DNA of 48,618 bases, the filler included, from Catajapyx aquilonaris (Eukaryota), in NCBI GenBank assembly GCA_000934665.2. It is 3 parts of 3 records of this genome, joined end to end, with 100 filler letters (N's around TTAATTAATTAA, not from the genome) between each part and the next. Parts side by side here need not be neighbours in the genome. Positions count along the whole stretch, not along the records: positions 1 to 16,135 come from JYFJ02007290.1; positions 16,236 to 32,345 come from JYFJ02007291.1; 1 more part is not named here. One strand, written 5' to 3'. The notes under the pieces are model-generated. The model did not search any database, was not told where the DNA came from, and worked only from the letters and a program-made list of their open reading frames with translations. The number at the start of each line of letters is the position of its first letter. The first letter of the stretch is position 1. Of the stretch, positions 11,490 to 23,460 are shown piece by piece. A program made the translations under genes and the position numbers.

Positions 11490-12290
11490 CCCTAATAAGA
11501 CAGGCGTATCATATGCTGATACGGTGGCTTTAACAAATTCTGCTGGCGAAACTAGCCCACTATGTAATGTGGTTTCTGTGTGGCTTTTTAAATTTTCTCT
11601 CGCTTAAAAAATCGCGAGTTTTGAACTACAGATTCACTTGAACGAAATCATCTTGTTGCGGCCGGTGAAAAAAAAACTTCAGAAAAGAAAAAATCCGACC
11701 TTGACCGGCAAATTTTTGACATACAGAGTTGCCCCCAAACCTCTTCAAGAGATTCCACCCTAAAATTAGTGCAAAAGATTATTCAATAGCTTTAAAATAA
11801 ATAAATGTTCGTGAATGCCAATTAGCTGCTGGCGGGCCACTGCGCAACTGCCGGCCTCCGTCTGGATGGAGGGGCGCATGCTCCGCGGGGTTTTTGAACA
11901 GCTGTGGAGCGAGGGAGGTTTACACTCGGTTAGGGGGTGAATGTTTGTTTCTGTTGCTGGCATGCCTATCCTGTGACGTAATTCATGCCATGTGCTTATG
12001 TACTGCTTTGTTCAGCGGTGCCAAGGCTACATACCCATATTATACTTTCTGTCAAGCAGGCAGAGTGACAAAAAATTTGGGTAGGCGCGAAACATACCCC
12101 CTGCGCCACCTTGTTGCACATTTAAGAATTTACATCTCCATATGGTATGAGAGGAGGGTCACACAGATGGCCTCAGGATTAAGCCTGGACACTAGACAAT
12201 CTTATTCACTAGTGTATTTACGGCTCGTCCTCCAAGCGAATTTTATGCAGATCCTTGCAAAAACGCGAAAAACCACCCGTCTTATTAGGG
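11490..12290. mobile_element. piggyBac-type MITE in KMT2C/D intron
   Basis: TTAA|ccctaataagac ... gtcttattaggg|TTAA. Confidence 0.9.
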
Positions 12291-13077
12291 TTAAAATTGG
12301 ATCAGCATTGGGGGGCATGCAGGAAAAGTCGAGTGTTACACTGCCCCGCCCTCTGTACACATGAAGTTGAACTATAGGTGAAGTGGGCTCTGCCCCACAC
12401 TTTGTTCATGTATTTATAACTGTATATTTGATACTGTAATAGCTGAGATTGGCAGAGCACCCTGCCGAAGGGGAGGGCCTGCCGTCTCCAACTTTATGCT
12501 CGAGACTCTACATGGTGTATGACAACTCCTGAGTATTGTCTGACTTTTTAATATTTGTTTTCAGTTGTCAGGGTGGGTTGTCTGAAGTTGCATTCAGATA
12601 TGGTGGTGGATAGGAAATGCTTTTCCACAGAAATTCCACTATAATTCCATTTCAATTCCCATATAATCCATACCTAGATCCATCCGTATCTAGGGGATCA
12701 TCTTGGCGAACGGGCCCCCTGAGGGACTGCACACGACCCCCCAACTTGAGACATTGAACTTGCACTAGTGTCCCCCCCCCCCCCNCCCTTCATTATCCCT
12801 ATCCTGTCCCCTGCACCGAATGGTGGTATTCCACCCCCCTAAGAGGGCCTATGGCCATAGCACAGGGAACTGCCATTTCCTCCAATTGCTGCACTTTATT
12901 TCTACCAATGACACACCATCCAAAGTAGATAACTAAATAATAAATAAATAAATATTACGTCTGGGGTACAGATAATACCATAGTAGACTTTGACTGGCAT
13001 GCACCATGCACCTGCTTATATTACACCTGCATGTTTAGCATGTCCGGTGGCCTTACTAACCAGCAACTTATCTGCAG

Positions 13078-13233
13078 TTGCAGTTGCCAGGGTTTGGTCT
13101 TGGCCCCCATCCTAGGCTGGGTCCTCAATCAGCCTCCCTTCCAACTCCCCTCGGGACTCTGGGTGTAGGGGGGTTACCAGTGTTACCCCCTCGAGTGGCG
13201 TTTTCTTCACAGCCTAGACCTCTTTTGACACAG
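13078..13233 (+). CDS. KMT2C: KMT2C/D internal exon (52 aa, Pro/Gly/Leu-rich): LQLPGFGLGPHPRLGPQ...RPLLTQ
   Basis: TACTAAC branch point at 13054-13060, ctgcag| acceptor, cag|gtaagt donor, 156-bp stop-free phase 0-0 exon. Confidence 0.75.
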
Positions 13234-13391
13234 GTAAGTGTAAGCTGTATAGCATGAGGTCGTATGCTTGGTTTATGTGCTTATGAGTGTATGGGCAATA
13301 TTTTTTGTTTTCTTTTTTTAAACCTGGCATCAACTACTTGATATGTGAGGGAATTTTTCAGTTTTACTGTAGTAATTAAAGCTCTTCGCAG

Positions 13392-13578
13392 GAACAGCCA
13401 TTGCTTCTAGAAGAACTTCTGGAACAGGAAAAAAGGGAGCAACAGAAGCTGCAGCAGAGACACAGAGAATTACCTACATGTCCTGAAGAGCCCCTTTTGA
13501 GCGATTTGGAATATGAGAGGCTGAAGGCTGATGTTCTGTCTGCACCTCCAGTTAACATTGCTTCAGCAATAGCTGCAG
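13392..13578 (+). CDS. KMT2C: KMT2C/D internal exon: EQPLLLEELLEQEKREQQ...LLSDLEYERLKADVL
   Basis: Resembles the KMT2C EQPLLLQDLLDQERQEQQ block. cag| acceptor, G|gtttgt phase-1 donor. Confidence 0.9.
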
Positions 13579-13673
13579 GTTTGTTATTTCAAGATAACAC
13601 TGGCAAATTCATTATCACCATTGACAAGTAGAATGACTTCGTCTACTGATGATAAAACTGACTTATTTTACAG

Positions 13674-13876
13674 GGAATATTCAGGCAACTGCAACACCAC
13701 AATTTCCTGTACCACTCCTGCCAGCCCCACCAGCACCTACTGAAAATCCTATTACTGATCAAGAACGACAACAACACATGCAGTATGAACATTGGCTGTA
13801 CCAGCAGCAGCAAATAATTAGCATGCACCTCAGATATTATGAGAATGAAGTGAACAAGCTTAGGAAAGCAAAGAAG
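13674..13876 (+). CDS. KMT2C: KMT2C/D internal exon: ...MQYEHWLYQQQQIISMHLRYYENEVNKLRKAKK
   Basis: Resembles the KMT2C/D coiled coil QYEEWL..TQQLLQMQQKYLEEQIGAHRKSKK. Phase-1 acceptor, aag|gtaagg donor. Confidence 0.92.
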
Positions 13877-14536
13877 GTAAGGGCATCCTGATGAGGGTTG
13901 GGACTGGCGAAAGCCAGTAGAACCTATTGACAAGGGCAGGTTCTTCCCAAAATTGAGCTATTTTTCATATAATCTCAATCATTGATAGTGTAACTTGATC
14001 CAAAATGGCCACTGGACAATGACGTCATACCAAAATGTCTGACAAATCACTTGAGCATGTGATTTTTGTGGTGCATTCTGCACATTTTGCTTGTGAATAT
14101 GGCGAAAACCGCATTCATTTATGACTGAGAGAATTTCCACAAAAAATTAAGGCATTCGGAGGAATTATGGCATATCCCAACCGCAGTTCATTTTGAGAAA
14201 AGTGACTTTTTGTGTTTGGCTTTACCATGCAGCTTAAGCTACGGACAAATATTACAAGTGGAATATGTGAGCTTTGACATGTCCCAATTCATTTGGTACT
14301 TCAGCACATGAAAGGTAGAAGGAAGGAGAGTACAACAGCACTACAAACGCAAATTGGAGGTCGGTTGGGATGTGCCGTTCTTTCCCTGAGCACCTCAATT
14401 TTTGTGGCTTGCTTCAAAAGTATCCCCATGGTGCATGTCAAAAGAGTTGGTCAGGGTATCTATGTACCGTCCTGTTTGTGAAATGCAACAAAATTCACAA
14501 GTCATATTGCATTAGCCAGTCCAGTGTCTGGTTATA

Positions 14537-14772
14537 CAGGATGGTCGGTAAATGGCGCACAATCTTCAGGTAGCGAGATTCCTTGTGAAAAACCAGTATA
14601 TGGAAGTGAAGGTCATATTGCTCTACAGGGCCTTCTTAGGGCTGACGAGGCCTCCAAAGTTTGGGCCAAATTATGACGTCACATCCGCCCGCGAAATTCA
14701 AACACTACCGCATCGCTACCGTACGCGGTGTGTTGCTAGGCGTTGCTATGTTGACATCCCCCACCTGTTCAC
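14537..14772. mobile_element. Second copy of the Tc1/mariner-type end at 8689-8924
   Basis: Near-identical sequence to 8689-8924. Confidence 0.7.
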
Positions 14773-15141
14773 CTGTTTTCACAAAAAAAAATTCAAACAC
14801 CATTGCTTTCCACTGTGTATTCACCAGAGCAATCAGCCTAATGACGTGATTAAATCAACAAAGTGTGTAGGCTATAAAAAATGATGCCAAAGTAACAGCT
14901 CATATTCATTATGCTAAGCCAAGCAAAAATAATTTTTTAAGCGACTATTCTATATTATATATTTTATATATATTATATATTATATTATATATATTATATA
15001 TGTCGACAGCAACAAATACCCCTATTTGATATCTGTAAAAAAAATTTAAGTGCCAATAATTTAGATTTTATATGTAACTTTTTTTGTCCGTATTCACCCT
15101 GTTTTATGGGATATATTGCACAATGTGTTTTTCAATTTCAG

Positions 15142-15600
15142 TCGCTTAACAGCAAGCAAAGGCAATTGAGAAAGAATGGTCAGGAGATGACGGAGGTGGA
15201 CACCTTGGAACTGGAAAGGATCACAAGGGAGCAATCTGGATTTCAGAAACAACTGGATCAAATTCGAAAGCAGTCCAGACAACATGCACTCCTGGTACAA
15301 GACTACCGAAGCAAGCAAATGAAGCGCCAGATGGCCAATACTGCCCTGCCTCCACAACAGCCTGTTATATCGATGCAGTCTCAAGCAACTGCCAGCAATT
15401 CTTCCCAGTCCCCCATGCATTCAGTTCCAACTCCACAATCTCCTTTACTATCTCCTTCACCATGTCCTGTTCCTTCTCCAATGATGCAACAGTCACCTAT
15501 GCCAAGCCCTCTCACACCTAGTCCTGGTTCCATGGTACAACAAAGTCCAAATCCTGTGGCTCAACAATCACCTCATCCCCATGGTGGTTCATTGCAACAG
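15142..15600 (+). CDS. KMT2C: KMT2C/D internal exon: SLNSKQRQLRKNGQEM...QKQLDQIRKQSRQH + S/P/Q-rich tail
   Basis: Continues the coiled coil (cf. ALSAKQRTAKKAG...QKQLEQIRKQQKEH). ttcag| acceptor, cag|gtggga donor, 459 bp, phase 0-0. Confidence 0.92.
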
Positions 15601-15952
15601 GTGGGAATAGTGGTTTGGTCTGTTGAAAGATTGGTTTTGTCTCATATGGCAATCATTTTTAGTAGCATTCCTAATGGAAAACATGATGGAAGAATTGAGA
15701 ATTTTTATACAGGGTGTTCGTGAAAATCACCGACAAACCTATACCGTCCCCTACCTATGCACCAGAGGATCACATTATGTAGAGGAGTGATTATGCCTGG
15801 ACAGCCTCATTACTGAGATAATTGACCCACCTGCTCTTTAGCGATTTAGCTTAAGCATTAGGGGGTATCCACGTGAAAAGCAAAAATGTGCTGCAGAAAA
15901 ATTCGCCAATAGCGATTATTCTAGCTGCTCCAGAACGGTGATGCGATTTTTG

Positions 15953-15988
<36 letters not shown>

Positions 15989-16135
15989 GGTGGTCCAACT
16001 TTTTTGTCCGAACAGCTATTGACAAATTCGGCCTAAGATGCTTATGTTGTAGTGCGTTACCTGGCAACCCTGTCCGGCGGGCCAATTCAAACATCAGCCC
16101 ATGGAGACTGCTTCCATTGTTGCCACTGTTTACTA

Positions 16136-16235
16136 NNNNNNNNNNNNNNNNNNNNNNNNNNNNNNNNNNNNNNNNNNNNTTAATTAATTAANNNNNNNNN
16201 NNNNNNNNNNNNNNNNNNNNNNNNNNNNNNNNNNN
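16136..16235. other. Artificial contig spacer N44-TTAATTAATTAA-N44
   Basis: Exactly 100 bp with a six-frame stop linker. Identical spacer at 32346-32445. Confidence 0.97.
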
Positions 16236-16327
16236 TTAGAACAGATGAGGCCTTCTAATGCGTATTTTTTTATTTCGATTGCAACGCCATCTCTGAGCGA
16301 TTCTTAGAACTTTCCGAACCGCCCTCG
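16236..16327. mobile_element. mariner-type terminal fragment
   Basis: agaactttccgaaccgccctcg|TA resembles the mariner TIR at 43202-43227 (agaactttatgaccgcccctcg|TA). Confidence 0.6.
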
Positions 16328-19300
16328 TACACACGTTCAGCAACCTATAATTTCATCGAGCTTCAAACTCCCAGACTCCCATGTTATTATTACTCATTCA
16401 GTGCCGGCAATCACAGCTGGTATATACTCAAGGCCGTCATAGATTAGAATCCGAAATGGATATCCGGACACCGTGCTCATATTACGTTCATGATACGTAC
16501 AGAGCTGCAATGCCGTTATAAGCACCTCCAGGTTTGATATCACGGCGCTCAAGTTTTTCCTCAAGAGCTCGTTTTTTTTTGTCTTGACGGAGTAATCGGA
16601 TCTTGACGTTTCCAGAAGGCAGTGTTTGGGAAGTGTTATATTGCGTGTTTGGTTCGCCTTGACTCCTGACATGCTTCCAGCCATTTTCATTCACTTCCAA
16701 TTTTTGCGTGCTACCAGGTGACAACCTCAAAAAAAGTTGACTTCCAGTTGCCTGCCGCCATGTCCCCCCGATAAAAATAAGCTGGCTCTATTCCCCGCTC
16801 TACAAAAAACCGCAATCGTTTTAATGTGGTACCATCTGCTCTCTCTACAACAATTCATCTGAGCTTTCAACACACAGGCCGCAGTCTACTGAGGGTCCAG
16901 AGCATGAACAGCACATCCCCTCCCATGTCCCTCTGGGGCCGCTGGAGGTGGGAGGTTATTCCATTCCCACAGCCGAATGACACAGGATAATAACCCGGCG
17001 CATCTCCCATCCGGCGCGTCATTAAAAGCCGAATTTCCTGCCTCTTGCCCCAGGCCCTTGCACAGCAGGGCCAGAGTGCACCAATATCCCAAGTGCACTG
17101 TTGAATGGTCCCTAACGTGGAGACAAAAAGGCGCCCCCCCCTCTATCCACATTTTTGGGGGCTTGAAATTGTCGTCTTTATCCAGTTATTATGGAAGATC
17201 ATATCGCCTTGCACGTTGTCCTGACGATCAGTCGCATTCCGGGCAGGCAGCTAAAGGAATTTTTACAGTTGTACTGTTACAATGTCTGGGGCGGGTGAAA
17301 ATATTAGGCACTCTCTTGGCCCCAGTATTCCAGGACGCCACTCAAGCACAGTACTGTTAGATCGTAAAATCAAGTATGTATGTCTCAAAAGCTGTGCGGC
17401 GGAAGCGAATCTGTTTACACCTATATCCGACTCTATTAATTAATAATGAACAGTTTCAAGCAGAGTATCACGCACGAACTAGTAGCGGTAGAAAAGCCCC
17501 ATGGCGTTAACAGGTTTGCAGTCCACTCTGCATAACTCTCTTTTAGTGCATTTACGGGCAATCAGTCCTTGAGGGCCATTCATAAATTACGTAACGCTCG
17601 GATAATGATGACAATGAACTTCGAAAATACTATTACGACTGGAGCTCCAAGGGAGGTGTGCGTGACATGTAATATTACCCCGGCGACACATGGCCCTCGA
17701 GTAATTTAGGACAATCGTGACATTTCCTTCACTGAGATTTTTGGATGGTGTCATGCCTCTGTGAAACAATTACCGGTACATAAAAATGTTCATGCCACTC
17801 TGACTTGCGATCATACGACAAAGTGACTAAAACTACATGAATAACTGTTGTACTTGAATCACTCTGCAGATCGACTCACAAGTTAGTATGATTCTTGCAG
17901 CTGGTGGCACCATATGTATTGTAAACATATTACAGTAGTTTGCACTCCTTTATCGAATCATCTTCCCCCATTATTTGCAGAGCCCATTTTTCATCCCTCC
18001 ATTTATAACTCGAATTCAGGAAGGTGCCTCCTGGGTTGAACAACCTACCATAAGCCTACCGTTTCTGTGCAGGCTCAAAAAGTGCTTTCTTCCCACGGTG
18101 TTGGCATGAAAACCGATCGCGGCAGACACGGTCTCACATGTTACAGTGCTATGTAAACACATCTCGTACAACGCCCCGCTCCACGAGTACTCGAAACAAA
18201 TATTTCGGACTCACAACTCTCGAGAGAAAAACAAGTTGCCGCGCGCCGTACCATAAGCCGCCATGAAAATGTTCGTAGTGCCAGATGCTGAAGATGCGCT
18301 CATCTAATGGCCTTTTGCTCCAACTTCCGCACAACTCTAGGGCCCAAAAAAAAACTGAGATGGGAGGATGGGGAGGTCGGTAAGCGATCACCACTAGAGT
18401 GGAAACGCCTCCTAGATTCCACCCCCTTGTCATATATTTTTTCTCCCTTGAAACAACCACGGAAATCAAAGGAGGAACAAGGCCCCTCCGGTGTCGTGTC
18501 CGAACCGAGGCAGAGGATCGCCCCCGCTTTTCTCGACATTGGACCCCAAGGGCTGGTTGCCGGGATGAAACGCCCTCCCACCCCAAAAACTCCCTCCCTC
18601 TGCGAAAACCCTCTCTCTCTCTCTACCCTCCCCCAAATGAAATCGATATGAGTGGAATGAGGGCGCTGTGGCCGAGTTTCCTGCAAGATCAATGGAAGCG
18701 CATCTACGTAACACCGGCACGCACGCTGTGCCGGAAGGGGAGGCTGAGAAATGACAAGCCGGCACAGCATCACCACCGGTGTGGGATGGGAGAGAGAAAA
18801 AAAGGGCAGGATTTAGCCACTACCAAGGTTTGCACTCAGCCTATTTACACAGCAATTTTGAGAGTAACCTGACCAGTAGGCCTAAAATGACGTCATATGT
18901 GCTGGAAAGGGGGTGTGTATCGGCCCACAAACATGATAACGATAACCGTGGCTGATGGCTCAAATTCCTGCAGCTTCAAAAACTACACGCCGACACATTG
19001 CACTATAGAAGAAGAATCCTTCCGGCGCCTCGATGCAAGCGGATATTACGGCCGGGGCAGTCATGCAACATAGGAAATGGGGGCGCCACGCAATCTAAAA
19101 TGGGCTAGCTACACTTCCTCTTAATTCGCACAAGTGAAAAGCAGCCCCTCTTAAGAGACCGCGCTTCTGAAATCAATGCTCCCAAATAACTCGGGGATGC
19201 TGCCTGTCGAGCCAAATTGCGAGTGACGGGGGACAAAATGGAGGGCAAAAGTGTCCTCGGAGGCCACAAATTCCGGCACGCTCCATCTGAGCCGATAATG

Positions 19301-22300
19301 GTGTCGTGTTCTCTCGTTACAGATGCTGAATCCTCTCTAGTCATAGATCCCCCCCCCCCCTTTTTTCCCCATGGCCAATTCGCTCAACTCCAAAAAAATT
19401 AAAATGAATAGCCGACAACTCCATGTCTCTTTCCGACATATTCATGATTTTGTCGTATAGCCGTGTGCGCTGATGGTGCTATACTGGAAGGGGGGGCGAT
19501 TTGCATAATTTTGACACTGGTCCCCCATGCCATCAGTCCTGCCCGCTTCCTCTTGGACGCGAATCCAACTCGTGTTTCGTGTAGCTCTGTATGGTTCCCC
19601 TCCTTTTTTTTTTCTATATGCTCGGTCAATTACGTTGCTGTTTACGTTCCTGATAAATCTGCACGAACCCGTCACGAAGCGATTTTTTCCACACAACAAC
19701 TCGCGCCGTTACTAAGCAGAAAACTAGTAATAACCGCATTTATTCACAGGCACGACTAAAAATTTATCCCACTCAGGATTGTTCACGAGGGAAGCAACAA
19801 TCACCCAACATGTGACTGTTGCTTCCAACAGGTTGCTGGAATAAACTATCTCCCCGTCTTGAACTGGGAACTTCAGCAGTGCATCATTTGAATCTCTAGC
19901 TCAACTGCATGCAAGTCGATGAGGTAACTCTGAGAACCCCAAGGGAATCCTCCTCGAAGCAGTAGTACATACGAATGAGGATCCATGCTGTATGCCCCAG
20001 CAGAGGCATAATTTCTCTCTCTATATATACACGAGGCCGAAATTCGAAATTGCAGTACACAGTGTACATATTACTGCTGCCTCATTTATGAACAACACTG
20101 CTCACCAATATTCACGAGTAATGCAATTTTCAGCCCCTTCCCCCCTTATACTGCACCGAATGAATGCGTTCAGACGCGTTGTTTTGTTTACGGCCGTAAT
20201 ATAATTTCGTTTTCATTTAGATCCGGCCCCCGTCAGCAACGCGAAACCTCGGTTGAAATAACCCGGCGGTTGCTGCGGGGGAGAATTTGCGCTCCCAATT
20301 CCTCATCTGGTCTAATTAATCCCGAATTAGGGACAAGAAAGGCAGCCACTGAGATGTGCAGGGCCTGAATCCTTCTACATATTTTATCGGGGAGAGAGAA
20401 AAAAAAAAGCGACGACAAATGACACAGACACGAACTGGAACAGGACAAGCTGTAGCAAATGATGTTAGAAGCTCAGTTGACCAGAACTTTTGTGAGTTTG
20501 CAATCCATGTCTACAGGTAAGGTAAAAACCCAACAATAAATTTTAAGCACAGCAGTATCACTTAAGGAGACTTTTACCTTGATTTGCATGTACATCTTAC
20601 GATCCAAACTAATTACAAGTTCCTATAAAATTCAGTACAAGTCGTATAACTATACGATGATCTTTGGCTCTCCCCTGCCCTCTTATATCCCATTAAAAAT
20701 TACGTCCCCCAAAATCCTACAGTCAAGGCTCCCCCACTCGTAACATTATCTGCCTTAAATCCTCTTACACATTAAATCCGGCGAAAAAAAAATATATAAC
20801 CGAGGTGTTTCCCCATAGGGCACTGCCTCGTCCCCCTAATGCAGCCTCCCCCAAATTGCGAAAATATTTCGGCTGTGCCACAAAATGCCAAGCAATTTGC
20901 CTTATCGGTTTTTTGTCCTCTCCAGCATTCTCTGTATACAAATGGCGAAATTCCTGCAAGTTTGGAGCTCCCTGCCTATAGATGCCGGTGTATTTCCTGT
21001 CACGACTGTATATTCAGAAAGTGTTTCCGCATGTCAATCAATAACGAGCCGACGTTGGCACAAGTGGCAGTTTTCAACAGGTGGGATGCAACACAAATCT
21101 GCCAGCCAATACATCTCCGGAACTAAAAGCTGCTGTCCAGCCAGGTGAGTGAACCAATCATCGACGGTGCGCTGGAGCAGCATGCATGTGATGTGGGGAT
21201 AAGTGGCTCCCTTTTACGTATCTAAAAGGCATTAGTGACATACCCGCATGCAAACCAGACCTAACAGAATCTATCCGTCTATCCCCCATGCTCTGCAAAG
21301 TTCTGGAGGCATCCCGGCGGAGCAGAAGCCGCTCATGCCTGAAATGGATTCCATTTCTCGACATCTGTCTTTCCCTCAGACCACAAATGCCCTACTTGAA
21401 TGTTGACGCAGGGAGGAATCAACATTGTCTGAATCGGAGCACTTTTTCTACTAGGGGATTTCGCGGGGCTCTAATTTATACGAAACTATCCACCGGATTC
21501 TACGGTGACTCCAAATGGGGGCCGAAGTTGATGGGAAGTTGCTGGACATCCGGAGGAAACTGATGTGCGGATGAAATCCACCTCAAGTCATAAAATTCGC
21601 CAACATTTAAAACGACAACTTTACTGCAAACCTGGTTGGAAAAAAAATAAAGGAAGTTAGGTAGCCTGCTGGATATGTCAAGAATGAAAAGGTTAAATGC
21701 AGTGTACGCAAAACTGCAAGGCACTTTTTTCCCTAGCTGCAAGGTTCAAAGGTAATGTTGAATGTGACATGTGGCGCAAATTATTCACAATTTCAATATT
21801 AAATGTTTCCAGGGTTTGCGCCTGCATTCCGAGTGGGTTTAGCAAATAGGCTTAGCGCCATACTAGTTGTCCAACATTTATGCAAATTCACGCTGACTAT
21901 ACCACCATGCTGTGCTGCACTGTGAAAACATGTCTGCATGCTTTTCTCTCTCTGTAAATTAACACGGCTTCTACACAACCTGACTTGAACAGTATTTGAT
22001 GAGAATAGACTCACATGTGAAGCTGGAGATTACCATAACACATCTGCTTCAAATCTAAGTCCATGGAACAAAATTAGGCACTAAATGAAGGCAATTTAGA
22101 ACCAGAGCAGGACGCGTTCAATCTCAGAAGTAAATCAGTTTACACTATTATTAGGAAAAATGGGGCTTCCTCGACTCACTAATCGGATCAATCTTCAGAT
22201 CTGCAACCCACACACTATAGTATAGAGGCATCCACTTCATATACACTGTGCACAAGTGCCTATTCAAATTGGCAGTGGAATAAACAATATGTACCTTTCC

Positions 22301-22419
22301 GACTATCTTGAAACAAAATGGACATGTCTTGCCAAAGTTTCTGAACCCCACATTTTCGCTCGACTATACTGTTAACGAGCGTAATAACTTTTACGACAAA
22401 TCCGTGGAAAAGCATTTTG

Positions 22420-23460
22420 CAATACTTTGTTCTTGTCCTGCCCACACGTTTTACTGCACGTGCCACAATCACGCCTGGCCCGTGAGTTAAGATTATAGAA
22501 TCTGTAACAGGTTTCTAAACTACCTCTAGTTCGGGCTTCTATGGCGGTTATAAATATATGTGGCTCGTAACATGATTCGACGTCTAGAAATGTGACGCTT
22601 TGAGGAGGAGGGTTGGTCCTGGCCAGAATATACCTAAAGCCATTTGTCATCATTGACCCGAATAAGATGTTTCCAGGTTCCTGCGATGGTCCGCTTCTGA
22701 GAACTGCTGCCACCTCGGGAAATTAATGCCATTACCTCTCCACCTCCATCGGAAACGGACGTGACCTCAATCGGTTCCGATGGCGAAATGGGAGGAAAAA
22801 GAGCTTCGCCTCACGAACACGGGAAGACTTTTGAGAACTGTTTTCACGGTAGTGCAGGGGCATCACGTCAACACATCCTAATCACTTTCCTACTGCATTA
22901 TTAACAATTACGGTAACGATATTCGTGAAGTAATAATTCAACCTTTTTGCCACACACCAGGTTCTCACGCCTTGACCATTCAATGCTGTTCAAGCTGGCA
23001 TGTCCATAGTTGAACGAAGGTGGACAATGTAGGGGGCCGATTCTCTCTAGAATAATGTTATCAGAGTTTCTCATGCCAAGTGCATCACACCCACGTCTTC
23101 ACTCGAGCGGTTTTACACATTTATCGCGCTTCGATTTTTATGGCCGGACATTTCCCTGAGTCAGGGCTGTGTCCAAAGGTACAGTTTTGAGCTCTGACTC
23201 ATGTTCTTGCCTACTGATAATAAAAAAACGCAGCCTACTGCCGCAAGGTCACTTGTCCGGGACAACAAAGCCTCTAATAAAAATATACAAAGGACGTGTT
23301 GATGAGCTGGGGGGAAACGGAGGGTTAACTACAGATAGAAAAATAAAAGCACACAAACCAGAAAGGGTGCACTTTGATGGGGGAAAACGCCACACATGGG
23401 CGTTTGGATTCCGCACATCATGTCAGTACAAGTAGTAGAAACTACCAGTTCCATTTTGTT
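22420..23460 (-). pseudogene. NS3-like SF2 DExH RNA helicase relic
   Basis: Motif I GTGx|STT (23455-23431, frameshifted). Motif II FII..(DE)EHESELKT (23230-23183). Motif V YILARTNPPPQSVTFLDV (cf. pestivirus YVIVATNAIESGVTLPDL; 22635-22575). Motif VI ARAVKRVGRTR (cf. QRRGRVGR; 22465-22425). Confidence 0.7.

Noticed and set aside
17587..17769. 60-aa minus ORF with four N-glycosylation sequons (glycoprotein-like)
   Set aside because: Too short, and the true frame is uncertain in decayed sequence; the position downstream of NS3 is not expected for an envelope protein.
18149..18872. Five overlapping ORFs of 99-158 aa on both strands
   Set aside because: Explained by locally high GC within the decayed EVE; none gives a recognisable intact protein.
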